The notes under the pieces were generated by a model. The model saw only the letters and a program-made list of their open reading frames with translations. It was not told where the DNA came from and did not search any database. This document shows positions 21,414-33,211 of a DNA stretch of 64,000 nucleotides, in pieces. Every line of letters starts with the position of its first letter. The stretch's first letter is position 1. The translations under genes were made by a program, and so were the position numbers. Origin of the DNA: a bacterium (GTDB lineage: Bacteria > Patescibacteriota > Dojkabacteria > JAKAPS01); assembly GCA_021806925.1 (NCBI GenBank), contig JAKAPS010000001.1, positions 1,237 through 65,236 on the forward strand. Direction: 5' to 3'.

Positions 21414-21458
21414 AAAATATTGACCTAAGAAATAATTTAATCAATAATTAATAATGAT

Positions 21459-23480
21459 ATGAAAGGGAAAATCTTGCTATTGTTTTTTATTCCCTTACTG
21501 TCTATTCTCTATTTTTTTAGACCATTTACAAATGTATACGGTGCTACAGTTTGCTCTAATACACCAAATGAATTAAATATAAGCAACCAATTTTTACAAA
21601 ATAACGTTTATGCAGGAGTTCCATTTCCTCTTGTTATTTATGCATGTAATTCAAGTGGTCAAATAGATTCTACATTTAATGGAAATGTTCAATTGACAGA
21701 TAGTACAACTACTCTCTACCCATCTAGTACAACTAATTTTGTCGATGGTGTATGGTCTGGGCAAGTTACAATAACTAGAGCAATTAATTCTGATCAAATA
21801 ACTGCATACAGTTCTCTTTATGGAAACGGTATATCATCATCATTTAATGTATTACCTTCAGAAAATGGAATAATTGAAACAATAATACAGGGTTCAAATC
21901 AATCTGGGGTAGTAGGAAGCAATCTTCCACAGGCATTAAGTGTTACAACAACTGACCAATTCGGGAATATAGTCTCAGGCGTTGGCGTCACATTTACAAT
22001 TGCTCCTCCACCTAGTGGTGCTACAGGACAAAGCCTTTCAAACTATAGTGCAATTACTAATTCCAGTGGTTCTGCATCAACAGTGATGACATTAGGTACG
22101 AAAGAAGGAATATACATTGTTACCGTTCAAGTCTCAACTGGATCTTCAAAAACAAGCTCACAATATTATGAGTATGCTAGTAGCGGATCACTTGCAGTGT
22201 TAAATATATCTCCAGCAAGTGCTATTGTTCCTCAAGGAGGAGTTATTAATTTTCAAGCAAGCGGACTTGATAAATATGGTAATCCAGTAACAATATCTTC
22301 ACCTGTTTGGTCAATATCTAATGGTGGAGGTACAATCGATCAAAATGGAAATTTTACTGCAGGACAAACAACTGGCATGTACTATAACACAGTTTCTGCT
22401 GCAATCGGAGGTATAGGAACTACAGCAACAGTTAATATAATTTCAGCACAAAATGGTTCAGGGAGTGGAACAGGAGCTACATCAACACCAACTCCATCTC
22501 CAACTCCTACTCCAGACTATGTAACTGTTACACCAACTCCAACACCAACTCCTGATTATGTCACATTAACACCTACTCCATCACCAGATCCTATCGATCA
22601 TGTGCTTATAAATCCAAATCCTGTAACCGTTTCTCAAGGTGAATCAGTGTCTATTACTGCAACTGCGTATGATGCAAATAATAATCCATTGAATGGAACA
22701 TTTAATTGGGTTATATCAACTGGACTTGGAACACTTAGTTCAAATTATGGATCAAGTGTTACTTTGAATGCTGGTAATACACCTGGAAATGGTACAATAT
22801 CAGTTTCTGCTCTTAATTCAACAGGATCAAAAAGTGATACTGTAAATGTAACAATAATTCCTAGCCCGCTCGCACAAAAATTACTTAATGATAATATTGG
22901 AGGAGGACACTTCTATATAAAAAACATAGGGAATCAGACTACAAACACTCCATTTCTTGTAATAGTTATGGCAGAAGATAACAACAATAATATAATTAAG
23001 AATTTTAATAGTCCTATTGTAATTGATGATACTACGCATACAATAACACCTGGTAGCGGAACTAATTTCATAAACGGAATATGGTCTGGAAACGAAGTTA
23101 TCACAACTCCACAGAATAATGATGTTGTATCTGTTTCTGGCGGTGGTATAACTGGAACAAGTAATGAGTTCAATGTTACTGGTAAATCACCTCCAAATAT
23201 ATTTTCAACACTATCAAGCAAAATATCAAGTGTTATTGTACAAGCAAATAGTGGAACAAATTCTAAATTTGATTCAAGAATAATTAGTGCTGGATTAATA
23301 TCTGGTCTTGGACTTCTAGGTAGCGCACTAAGTATTGGACTAATGTCTTCAAAGGGCTTAGAGGCAATTGGAAGAAACCCCTATGCAAGAGGGAAGATAC
23401 AAATCTCAATGTTAATATCAACAGTGGTATGTATCGGAATATCTATTGCAGGGATTGTACTGTCTATAGTAATAAAGTGA
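21459..23480 (+). CDS. Secreted multi-Ig-domain protein fused to a C-terminal ATP synthase subunit c-like hairpin lacking the ion-binding carboxylate
   Basis: Signal peptide, Big_1/Big_2-like repeats, Thr-Pro linker, then ISAGLISGLGLLGSALSIGLMSSKGLEAIGRNPYARGKIQISMLISTVVCIGISIAGIVLSIVIK, which aligns without gaps to AtpE. Confidence 0.8.
   Translation: MKGKILLLFFIPLLSILYFFRPFTNVYGATVCSNTPNELNISNQFLQNNVYAGVPFPLVIYACNSSGQIDSTFNGNVQLTDSTTTLYPSSTTNFVDGVWSGQVTITRAINSDQITAYSSLYGNGISSSFNVLPSENGIIETIIQGSNQSGVVGSNLPQALSVTTTDQFGNIVSGVGVTFTIAPPPSGATGQSLSNYSAITNSSGSASTVMTLGTKEGIYIVTVQVSTGSSKTSSQYYEYASSGSLAVLNISPASAIVPQGGVINFQASGLDKYGNPVTISSPVWSISNGGGTIDQNGNFTAGQTTGMYYNTVSAAIGGIGTTATVNIISAQNGSGSGTGATSTPTPSPTPTPDYVTVTPTPTPTPDYVTLTPTPSPDPIDHVLINPNPVTVSQGESVSITATAYDANNNPLNGTFNWVISTGLGTLSSNYGSSVTLNAGNTPGNGTISVSALNSTGSKSDTVNVTIIPSPLAQKLLNDNIGGGHFYIKNIGNQTTNTPFLVIVMAEDNNNNIIKNFNSPIVIDDTTHTITPGSGTNFINGIWSGNEVITTPQNNDVVSVSGGGITGTSNEFNVTGKSPPNIFSTLSSKISSVIVQANSGTNSKFDSRIISAGLISGLGLLGSALSIGLMSSKGLEAIGRNPYARGKIQISMLISTVVCIGISIAGIVLSIVIK
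22485..22592 (+). repeat. Coding Thr-Pro linker with duplicated TPTPxPTPDYVT unit
   Basis: TPTPSPTPTPDYVTVTPTPTPTPDYVTLTPTPSPDP. Confidence 0.85.
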
Positions 23481-23672
23481 CTCTTTTTCTTAATAAATTA
23501 AAAAATTAATTTTATCTATAATCTTCTATATATGTCACAATTCAAGTAAAACACTTTATTGATTAATCACATTGATTGTAATTATAGAAATATATAAATA
23601 CAAGAGCAATATTCATATTTAATTTCCGTTACTTTAATATACTAGAATAGTAAGTATTACATCATATTGGGC

Positions 23673-23715
23673 GATTCGTCTACCCCAAATCTCCGATTTT
23701 GACAATTATCGGAGA
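23673..23715 (+). repeat. 43-bp direct repeat, copy 1; contains a palindrome with TTGACA in its loop and is the probable promoter/operator of the AAA gene
   Basis: GATTCGTCTACCCCAAATCTCCGATTTTGACAATTATCGGAGA; arms TCTCCGAT/ATCGGAGA; TTGACA 23699-23704, TAATAT 23723-23728, ATG 23735. Confidence 0.9.
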
Positions 23716-23734
23716 TCTGTGTTAATATTTACAT

Positions 23735-24982
23735 ATGGATGAAACTTTAGCTATACAAAATCCATGGTGGGAAGGAAGGCCATTGAAAAAATCAGTAGAA
23801 AGGAAAGAAGCACTATATGCCCTTAAACAAAGAGTAAAAAATAATAGAGTTTGTATGCTACTCGGTGGAAGGAGAGTTGGTAAAACGACCCTTATACATC
23901 AATACATTGGCGAATTATTGAATACTGGTGTTGAACCAAAAAATATATGCTATATTCTTCTTGATTCTAATGCATTCGAGAAGATATCAATATTTGAACT
24001 AATAAGAAAATACCGACAAATACACAACTTAAAAAGAGATGAGAATGTTTATTTATTTCTTGATGAAATTCAATATAAGGATAATTGGGAGCAATATATC
24101 AAAAATATTTATGATACTGAACCAAATATAAATGTTATGTTATCTGGATCAGCAAGTTTTAAAATTCATACTAAAACCTCATTTTTAACTGGACGATTTT
24201 CAATTCTTTATCTTTATCCCTTGTCATTTAAAGAATTTCTTCAATTTAAAAACATACAAATCTCCCTATCTGAAAAGTATATATATGAAAATGAGTTAAA
24301 TGAATATCTTCTAAAAGGAGGTTATCCTGAATATCTTTTGACTGAAGATTATCAATACTTTCCAAATCTGGTTGACAGTATAATCTATAAGGATTTTGTC
24401 GAATATTTCAATATAAAGAATCTAAACATAGTAAAAGATTTACTTAAGCTTATTGCTGATAGAACTGGATCTCATACGAGTCTTTCAAAATTAGGAAAAA
24501 TATTATCAATAGCCAAGGAAACAGTAAGAGATTATGTCTTTGCACTAAAGGAAACATTTACTATTTATGAATTACAAAGATATGCTACATCAAGAAATGA
24601 AAGGATTTACTTTCCCAAAAAATATTATATAAATGATAATGGTTTATTATTTAACTTGAGCGGTAAGTTTAATAAAGGGCAAGTTGCAGAGCAAACACTT
24701 TTTGATTTCTTATATAAAAAGTATAATGAATCATTGTACTTTTATTATTACGATGGTATAGAGATAGATTTTCTTATTAAGGACGCTGATGGAATTCAGT
24801 TAATTGAATCTAAATATATTAATGATGTAGAAGAATTCGATTCGAAATTACTTGTTAAAGCTATGGAGACATTGAAAGTTAGTAAGGCTGTTGTAATAAC
24901 AGAATCTCTTGAAAATACAATAGAATTTAGTAATAAGTCTATAGAATATATTCCCCTATGGAAATATATTCTTTCTCTGTAA
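23735..24982 (+). CDS. AAA_14 / DUF4143 ATPase with wHTH and C-terminal PD-(D/E)XK-like domain
   Basis: QNPWW, GGRRVGKT, LFLDEIQ, SGSAS, LTGR, GGYPE, KYYINDNG, EIDF...LIESK. Confidence 0.9.
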   Translation: MDETLAIQNPWWEGRPLKKSVERKEALYALKQRVKNNRVCMLLGGRRVGKTTLIHQYIGELLNTGVEPKNICYILLDSNAFEKISIFELIRKYRQIHNLKRDENVYLFLDEIQYKDNWEQYIKNIYDTEPNINVMLSGSASFKIHTKTSFLTGRFSILYLYPLSFKEFLQFKNIQISLSEKYIYENELNEYLLKGGYPEYLLTEDYQYFPNLVDSIIYKDFVEYFNIKNLNIVKDLLKLIADRTGSHTSLSKLGKILSIAKETVRDYVFALKETFTIYELQRYATSRNERIYFPKKYYINDNGLLFNLSGKFNKGQVAEQTLFDFLYKKYNESLYFYYYDGIEIDFLIKDADGIQLIESKYINDVEEFDSKLLVKAMETLKVSKAVVITESLENTIEFSNKSIEYIPLWKYILSL

Positions 24983-25008
24983 ACTATACAGAAACGTATC
25001 TGACAAAA

Positions 25009-25051
25009 GATTCGTCTACCCTCAATCTCCGATTTTGACAATTATCGGAGA
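25009..25051 (+). repeat. 43-bp direct repeat, copy 2 (41/43 identical to copy 1)
   Basis: GATTCGTCTACCCTCAATCTCCGATTTTGACAATTATCGGAGA. Confidence 0.9.
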
Positions 25052-25155
25052 CTCTTAAAGCAGTTATCATAAATTGACAGAACATATAAAAATCACAATA
25101 TGTTTTATATATTTTTTACAAAACATAAAATATATATTATATTATTTATAGATTT

Positions 25156-25659
25156 ATGTTATATATTCTTATTGCTTTAAATGTATTTCTTCTTCTTTTA
25201 ATTGGCTTAATTATATTTTTTGTTTTAAAAGATAGAGATGTAGAGAAAAAATTACGTGAAGAACTTGAAACAATAAAAAAAGTATATGATGAAAAGACAA
25301 ATCTTTTCAAAGAAGAAGCTGATAAAGCTAAAGATTTAGCAAATATATCAGAACAAAATTATGATGCAATACAAAAAGAAATTGACTCAATAAAAATTGA
25401 ATACGAAAATAAGGAGAAAACATTAAATGATAATATTGAAGCGAAGATTAAAGAGTTATCTGAATTAGAGGAGACTGCTGTAAAAAGAGCAGAAGACAGG
25501 GTTAGAGAATATGAAAAGAGTCAGAAGACTGAAATAGAAAAGAATATGGTTGACCTAGTTATAAACGTAACAAAGAAAGTATTTGAAAAATCACTTACTT
25601 ATGAGGATCATAAAAGAATAATAGAAAAATCAATATCAGATTTAAAAATGGATGATTAA
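25156..25659 (+). CDS. atpF: F-type ATPase subunit b (peripheral stalk)
   Basis: N-terminal TM, long coiled coil, C-terminus DLVINVTKKVFEKSLTYEDHKRIIEKSISDL; lies directly before delta. Confidence 0.8.
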   Translation: MLYILIALNVFLLLLIGLIIFFVLKDRDVEKKLREELETIKKVYDEKTNLFKEEADKAKDLANISEQNYDAIQKEIDSIKIEYENKEKTLNDNIEAKIKELSELEETAVKRAEDRVREYEKSQKTEIEKNMVDLVINVTKKVFEKSLTYEDHKRIIEKSISDLKMDD

Positions 25660-25664
25660 AAGAA

Positions 25665-26165
25665 ATGAACAGTATATACGATAAATTAAATGAAAAGATA
25701 TTCACAAAAAATGAGCTTGAAAATCTTGTCATTGATATTGAAAAATTAATAAAAAAATTAGATCAAAAATATACTGAAGAAGAGTTAAAGACAATCATAA
25801 ATGAAACAATAAGACAAAAGAAATTTGCTAATATATTTCTTGCAAGTATAAAGGTCAAATCTGGAATGACACCTGAAAAGATGCAGGATCTTGATAAGAA
25901 GCTTCATGATTTACCAAATACGAGAAAATCAGTCTCAATAATGACTGCAATTCCTATTTTAAATGAAGATATGGAATTTTTTGCTCAAATGATTCAAGAG
26001 AAAGATAGTTCTCCAATACTAATTAATTATAGTGTAGATTCATCATTAATAGGAGGTATTAAAGTAAAAGCACAGAAATACATATATGATTTATCTTTGA
26101 AAACGCATTTGGAGAAATATAAAGTGGAATGGTTGAAATTAATAAAACGACATAATGAATCATGA
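25665..26165 (+). CDS. atpH: F-type ATPase subunit delta
   Basis: TAIP...VDSSLIGGIKV...YDLSLK C-terminal motif. Confidence 0.85.
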   Translation: MNSIYDKLNEKIFTKNELENLVIDIEKLIKKLDQKYTEEELKTIINETIRQKKFANIFLASIKVKSGMTPEKMQDLDKKLHDLPNTRKSVSIMTAIPILNEDMEFFAQMIQEKDSSPILINYSVDSSLIGGIKVKAQKYIYDLSLKTHLEKYKVEWLKLIKRHNES

Positions 26166-27785
26166 ACGATCAAGATGATATCACTAGACTCTCTAATAAT
26201 ATTCCATTAGATGATTTTGAGCCTGAAATAACTGAAATAGGCGAAGTAGACTATATTGGTGATGGAATATGCAGAATAACAGGACTTCCCAATGCAAGAA
26301 TGGAAGATATAGTTAGGATTGAGGCAAAGGGCGAAGATGTACTAGGACTGATACTTGGGTTAAATGAAAATTATGTTGAGACAGTAATACTTGGAGATTT
26401 TTCAAAAATATCAAAAGGTGATGTTGTATCATCAGCAAAAAAAAGAATAAAGATACCATCAGGAGAAGAGGTATTTGGTAGAGTAATTGACCCACTTGGT
26501 AAGGCGATTGATGGAAACGGCGAACTAAAATCAAGAAAAATGGTTCAGATTGAAAATCCTGCACCTATGGTTAATGAAAGAGAACAAATTGTTGACCAGA
26601 TACGCACAGGAATACTTGTAGTAGATTCAATCATTCCCGTAGGTAAAGGACAAAGAGAATTAGTAATTGGAGATAGAAAATCTGGAAAAACTACTCTTGT
26701 TCAAAATATAATAATAAATCAAAAAGGTAAAGGTATTTTCTGTATATATGTCTCAGTACTTGGTAAAAAAGCTATGTTAAAGGGAATATATGAGACACTC
26801 TTAAAAGAAGGATGTATGGACTATACCGTAATAATTGCAGCAACATCTGATGACCTTCCATCAATGAGCTACATTGCACCGTACAGTGGATGTGCAATTG
26901 CAGAAAGTTTAATGAAACAAGGAAAAGACGCTTTAGTAATTTATGATGACCTTTCAAAACATGCAAAAGCATACAGACAAATGTCACTTCTGTTAAAAAG
27001 ATCTCCAGGAAGAGATGCATATCCAGGTGATATATTCTACCTTCATTCAAGACTTCTTGAAAGAAGTGCAAAATTATCAAAAGAACTTGGTGGGGGCAGT
27101 TCAACTGCTTTTCCAATGGCAGAAACTCAGTCAGGAGATATTTCAGAGTTTATTACAACAAATTTGATGAGTATAACTGATGGACATATATACCTTGATG
27201 TTAATTTAATGCATGAAGGTATATTGCCAGCTGTAGATAGCGGTTTTTCTGTTTCAAGAATTGGAGGTAGTATACAAACAAAACTGCTTCGAAAACTCGG
27301 AGAAATGGCCAGTAAATCACTTCAAAGATACAATGAGGTGAAATCCTTTGAAAATATAAATACGGAGATTTCTGAAGAAACTGAACGAGAACTAAAAAGA
27401 GGTAAAAGAGTATTGGAAATATTTAATCAACCAAGTAGTTTAAATATGTCACTTGCTGAAGAAGTTCTATCGCTTTTTATTGTATGTGCAGGGTTATATG
27501 ATGATATTGAACTAATTGATGTAAGAAAAATAAAGATTGAAGTAATTAATTTTTTGAGGCATGAAGATAATGTAACACTCCGAGATAAACTCAGCAGTGG
27601 AGACACAAGCTATGATGAACTAGAAGGAGAAATAAAACAGATGTTTTCTAAAGAATTCTTAATGAGCTTACTAAAAAGCGATGAACCTGTAGACTCAACA
27701 AACAACAAAACAGAAGATATACAAAATATTAGTGAAAAAACTAATAACACAGATACAAGTGAACCGATAAAGGAGGAAAACAAGG

Positions 27786-27802
<17 letters not shown>
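26162..27802 (+). CDS. atpA: F1 ATPase subunit alpha (divergent, with a charged low-complexity C-terminal tail)
   Basis: GDGI, GKGQRELVIGDRKSGKT, YDDLSKHA, PGRDAYPGDIFYLHSRLLER, SVSRIGG. Confidence 0.97.
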
Positions 27803-30162
<2,360 letters not shown>

Positions 30163-30420
30163 ATGGATGATAATCAAAAATTAAAGATAAAAATAGTTAC
30201 GCAGGACTCACTTCTTTTTGATGGTGAAGCAAATAGAATCATCGCTCCAGGACAGAAAGGTAGCTCATTTGCAATATTACCATTTCACACACCATTTTTT
30301 TCCAAGATTTATGAAGGATTTATTGAGGTTCATAATGAAAATGATGTTAAAAAATTTGAAAGTAAAAGAGGTATTATACGTGTAATTAATAATGAAGTTC
30401 TCGTTATAACTGGTATATAG
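30163..30420 (+). CDS. atpC: F1 ATPase subunit epsilon, N-terminal beta-sandwich only
   Basis: IKIVT, FAILPFHTPF, GIIRVINNEVLVIT; 85 aa with no C-terminal helical hairpin. Confidence 0.88.
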   Translation: MDDNQKLKIKIVTQDSLLFDGEANRIIAPGQKGSSFAILPFHTPFFSKIYEGFIEVHNENDVKKFESKRGIIRVINNEVLVITGI

Positions 30421-30480
30421 CTATATACATACACACAACACATATCATGCGATTAATTTATTTGTAAATATATTTCCTAA

Positions 30481-30879
30481 TTATCTTATTCTCCTCTTTC
30501 TTTCATGTGAGCTATATTTCAAATTCACTGCAATGTAATTAATTATGATTAATAAAAATATACCAGTAGACAGTATAATATATGAGTATCTTGAAAAAAG
30601 TAAAAGAATATCTATATATAGTAGATTGAATAATATGTAATATATTGTTTTCTCTACATTAAAAAATATGTATGCAAATAGAAGAAATAATGCTACATTA
30701 AGAATAAATAACGCTATTGATATATATATGTAGTTATACATTCCAGTATTCGTGATAGGTGAAAACAAGATTATAAATACAATCTCTAAACATAAAAAAA
30801 GTATTGAGAAAGATAAGTAAATATTTCTAAAAGATATATTCCTAATACCTCTTAATTTATTGAATACCATACTTTTCAA
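30481..30879 (-). CDS. Small multi-TM hypothetical membrane protein
   Basis: About four hydrophobic segments; overlaps the end of the RimK-like gene. Confidence 0.55.
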   Translation of the reverse strand: MKSMVFNKLRGIRNISFRNIYLSFSILFLCLEIVFIILFSPITNTGMYNYIYISIALFILNVALFLLFAYIFFNVEKTIYYILFNLLYIDILLLFSRYSYIILSTGIFLLIIINYIAVNLKYSSHERKRRIR

Positions 30880-31750
30880 TTAATGATGAGACAAATATCT
30901 TTGCAACATTAACATTAGTTACTCTTTCAAATCTTTTAAACATTGGAATTGTATTACACTCCAGCATATATGGCTTTCCATCCTTCATTATCATATCAAT
31001 TCCTGCAAAGAATACATTGAGACTGCTGGCAATATTAATTGCCATATTTATCATATTATCATCTGGAAAATATTGATTAACAATTGAAGAAGATCTTCTT
31101 GTGTGAAAATCATCACTATCTTTAGATTCATTCTTTATTGCACCAATAAATCTATTATTTATAACAAGTAGTCTGTAATCAACACCACCTGGTACATACT
31201 CTTCTACCTGGAACACCTTATTTTTTCTTATATCCTGTTTAAGATACATAAATATTTCCTCTAGGTCATTCAACTTATATACTTCCTTAGCCCTTGATGA
31301 AGGCGATCCTTTTAATATATTAGGAAATTCTATACCTGCATTCTCTAACCTTTGTAATGAAACATTACTGCCCATACCTAAAAACGTTGTATCAAGCAAA
31401 TTTATATTCTTATTAGAGCTGCAACATAACATATAGTCACTGAATTTTGTACCAGAATTGAGAAGACTCACATCTGATATAACAATTCTATTTCCTAGTA
31501 ATTTCAAAGCTTCTACAATATATTTTGCATTCTCTCCACCAACCCTAACTAAATACACATCGAAACTAAGAATATCCCTACTTTCAATACATGTATCATC
31601 TTTAAATATTCCAATTTCCCCATTGATTATCTTTATAAACAGTGAGGATACATTGAGTCTTTCTATAGTAATATTGTTGTAAAAAGAGAATTCATCAACT
31701 ATTTTATCTGTTTCATAACTATATTTGTTTGTTATTATTGCTATCTTCAT
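30857..31750 (-). CDS. RimK-like ATP-grasp ligase (divergent)
   Basis: FPNILKG, VEEYVP, DYRLLV, AGIDMI, LECNTIP. Confidence 0.8.
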   Translation of the reverse strand: MKIAIITNKYSYETDKIVDEFSFYNNITIERLNVSSLFIKIINGEIGIFKDDTCIESRDILSFDVYLVRVGGENAKYIVEALKLLGNRIVISDVSLLNSGTKFSDYMLCCSSNKNINLLDTTFLGMGSNVSLQRLENAGIEFPNILKGSPSSRAKEVYKLNDLEEIFMYLKQDIRKNKVFQVEEYVPGGVDYRLLVINNRFIGAIKNESKDSDDFHTRRSSSIVNQYFPDDNMINMAINIASSLNVFFAGIDMIMKDGKPYMLECNTIPMFKRFERVTNVNVAKIFVSSLIEKYGIQ

Positions 31751-31795
31751 TTATATAAATTCTATCACTTCTATTGTTTATATGACTTCCATTCC

Positions 31796-33211
31796 TTATA
31801 TTTTCTTTTCAACATCAACTAGAAAATCATTTAAATCACGCTCCCCTATAATACATTGGAATTTCAATTCTTCTCTACCTATAACATTTACAATTGTCTT
31901 CTTTTTTACATTACCGATCTTTATTGTTACCTCGAATCTTGGTCTGATACTAGTTCCGTTTCCATTATTAACCCTTGCAATTCCTCTATAATTAGCAAAA
32001 TCAAGTATAGATTCCAAGTGATATGACTCAATATTCTTAGATTCATGTTTTTGAGTTTTATAGTACTCCATGAATTCATCAAAGGAGTTTAATAATCCAA
32101 ACTCTCTTGCTAATGAAGAATCTATTGAGGTCGAATCTGCGCCTGTATCAACCTTTGCTAGTACAGTCAAATTCTTCTTCCTTACTTCAACATTCATATT
32201 AACATATCTTCCTATTACTGTCTTTCCAGTTATCTCTTCTATCTCTTCCTCAATCTCACCACCAAATAAGTCTTTTGCCAGTTTAATAGAATGCTTTATA
32301 GATTTAAATTTTAATTTTCTAACTCTTTCTAGCCTTTCTTTCAAACTATCATTATTTGCTATTTGAATTCCAAGTCCTGGTCTGGCATTAATTTCAAGAA
32401 TAGTAGGGCCATGGTCTCTGCAAAGAGCAATATCAACACCAGCAAGACCTAATCCAGATGCTATTTGAGCTTTTGTGCTTATCTCCAGAATCTGATCCCA
32501 GTATGGCACTCTGAATCCTACAATTTTAGACTTTGTATCTGGATGAATTTCTATTGGCTTGTTAAAATAAACACCACCAGTTGTTACACCAGATCCAATA
32601 TCAATGCCCACACCTATAGCTCCAATTGTAATATTAGCTTTTCCGCTTGATGCTACTGTTGGGAGTCTCATCATTGCCATTACAGGTATTTTATTAAATA
32701 CAATTACCCTTACATCGGGAATGCCTTTATATGTTAATAATTTAAATTCTTTTAGCAACTTCAGCCTCTCCTCAAAAAATGCCTTATCCTTTGTTCCACC
32801 CAATGAATATTTGTTATCCAGTATGTCAATGATATGCTTTTCTAAATCACTTTGATATATTTTTACACCATTTTGCTTAACCCATACTCTGTTTCCCTCT
32901 TTACTATGAAGTTTATCCTCACCATACACTACAATTATACCCCCTCCTGCATATCCTTTATTTGGTTTTAATACAAACGACTCTGGTAATTTACTCCAGT
33001 CAAAGCTTTCAATATCTTCCTTCTTTCTTATAACTCCTAAGGTTTTAGCTATTGGTAGTTTATTTTTCTTAAAAATTCTTTTTGCAAATAATTTATTGTC
33101 AGCTATTGCTCTTGAGTCTTTCAAGTTATACTTAAGAGTATACATTAAGTTTCTCTCATTTCTTCCTAGCATCCTATCCTGATTAACAAAGAATTTTAGA
33201 ATTTCATTCAT
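31796..33211 (-). CDS. Alpha-L-glutamate ligase-like ATP-grasp protein fused to a C-terminal retropepsin-like (RimB-type) protease
   Basis: GRNERN, ADNKL, FVLKPNKGYAGGGI, GIPDVRV, AMMRLPT...GKANI, LEINARPGLGIQIAN; C-terminal AKVDTGADSTSID...RP...IIGERDL. Confidence 0.85.
   Translation of the reverse strand: MNEILKFFVNQDRMLGRNERNLMYTLKYNLKDSRAIADNKLFAKRIFKKNKLPIAKTLGVIRKKEDIESFDWSKLPESFVLKPNKGYAGGGIIVVYGEDKLHSKEGNRVWVKQNGVKIYQSDLEKHIIDILDNKYSLGGTKDKAFFEERLKLLKEFKLLTYKGIPDVRVIVFNKIPVMAMMRLPTVASSGKANITIGAIGVGIDIGSGVTTGGVYFNKPIEIHPDTKSKIVGFRVPYWDQILEISTKAQIASGLGLAGVDIALCRDHGPTILEINARPGLGIQIANNDSLKERLERVRKLKFKSIKHSIKLAKDLFGGEIEEEIEEITGKTVIGRYVNMNVEVRKKNLTVLAKVDTGADSTSIDSSLAREFGLLNSFDEFMEYYKTQKHESKNIESYHLESILDFANYRGIARVNNGNGTSIRPRFEVTIKIGNVKKKTIVNVIGREELKFQCIIGERDLNDFLVDVEKKI

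Noticed and set aside
23481-23672. Small canonical atpE hidden in the intergenic gaps (also 25052-25155)
   Set aside because: The gaps are short and AT-rich, with no Gly-rich hydrophobic ORF of c-subunit size.
30481-30879. Membrane protein next to atpC as the missing subunit a or AtpI
   Set aside because: It is on the opposite strand, overlaps the RimK-like gene, is too short and lacks the LRLFxN motif with the essential Arg.
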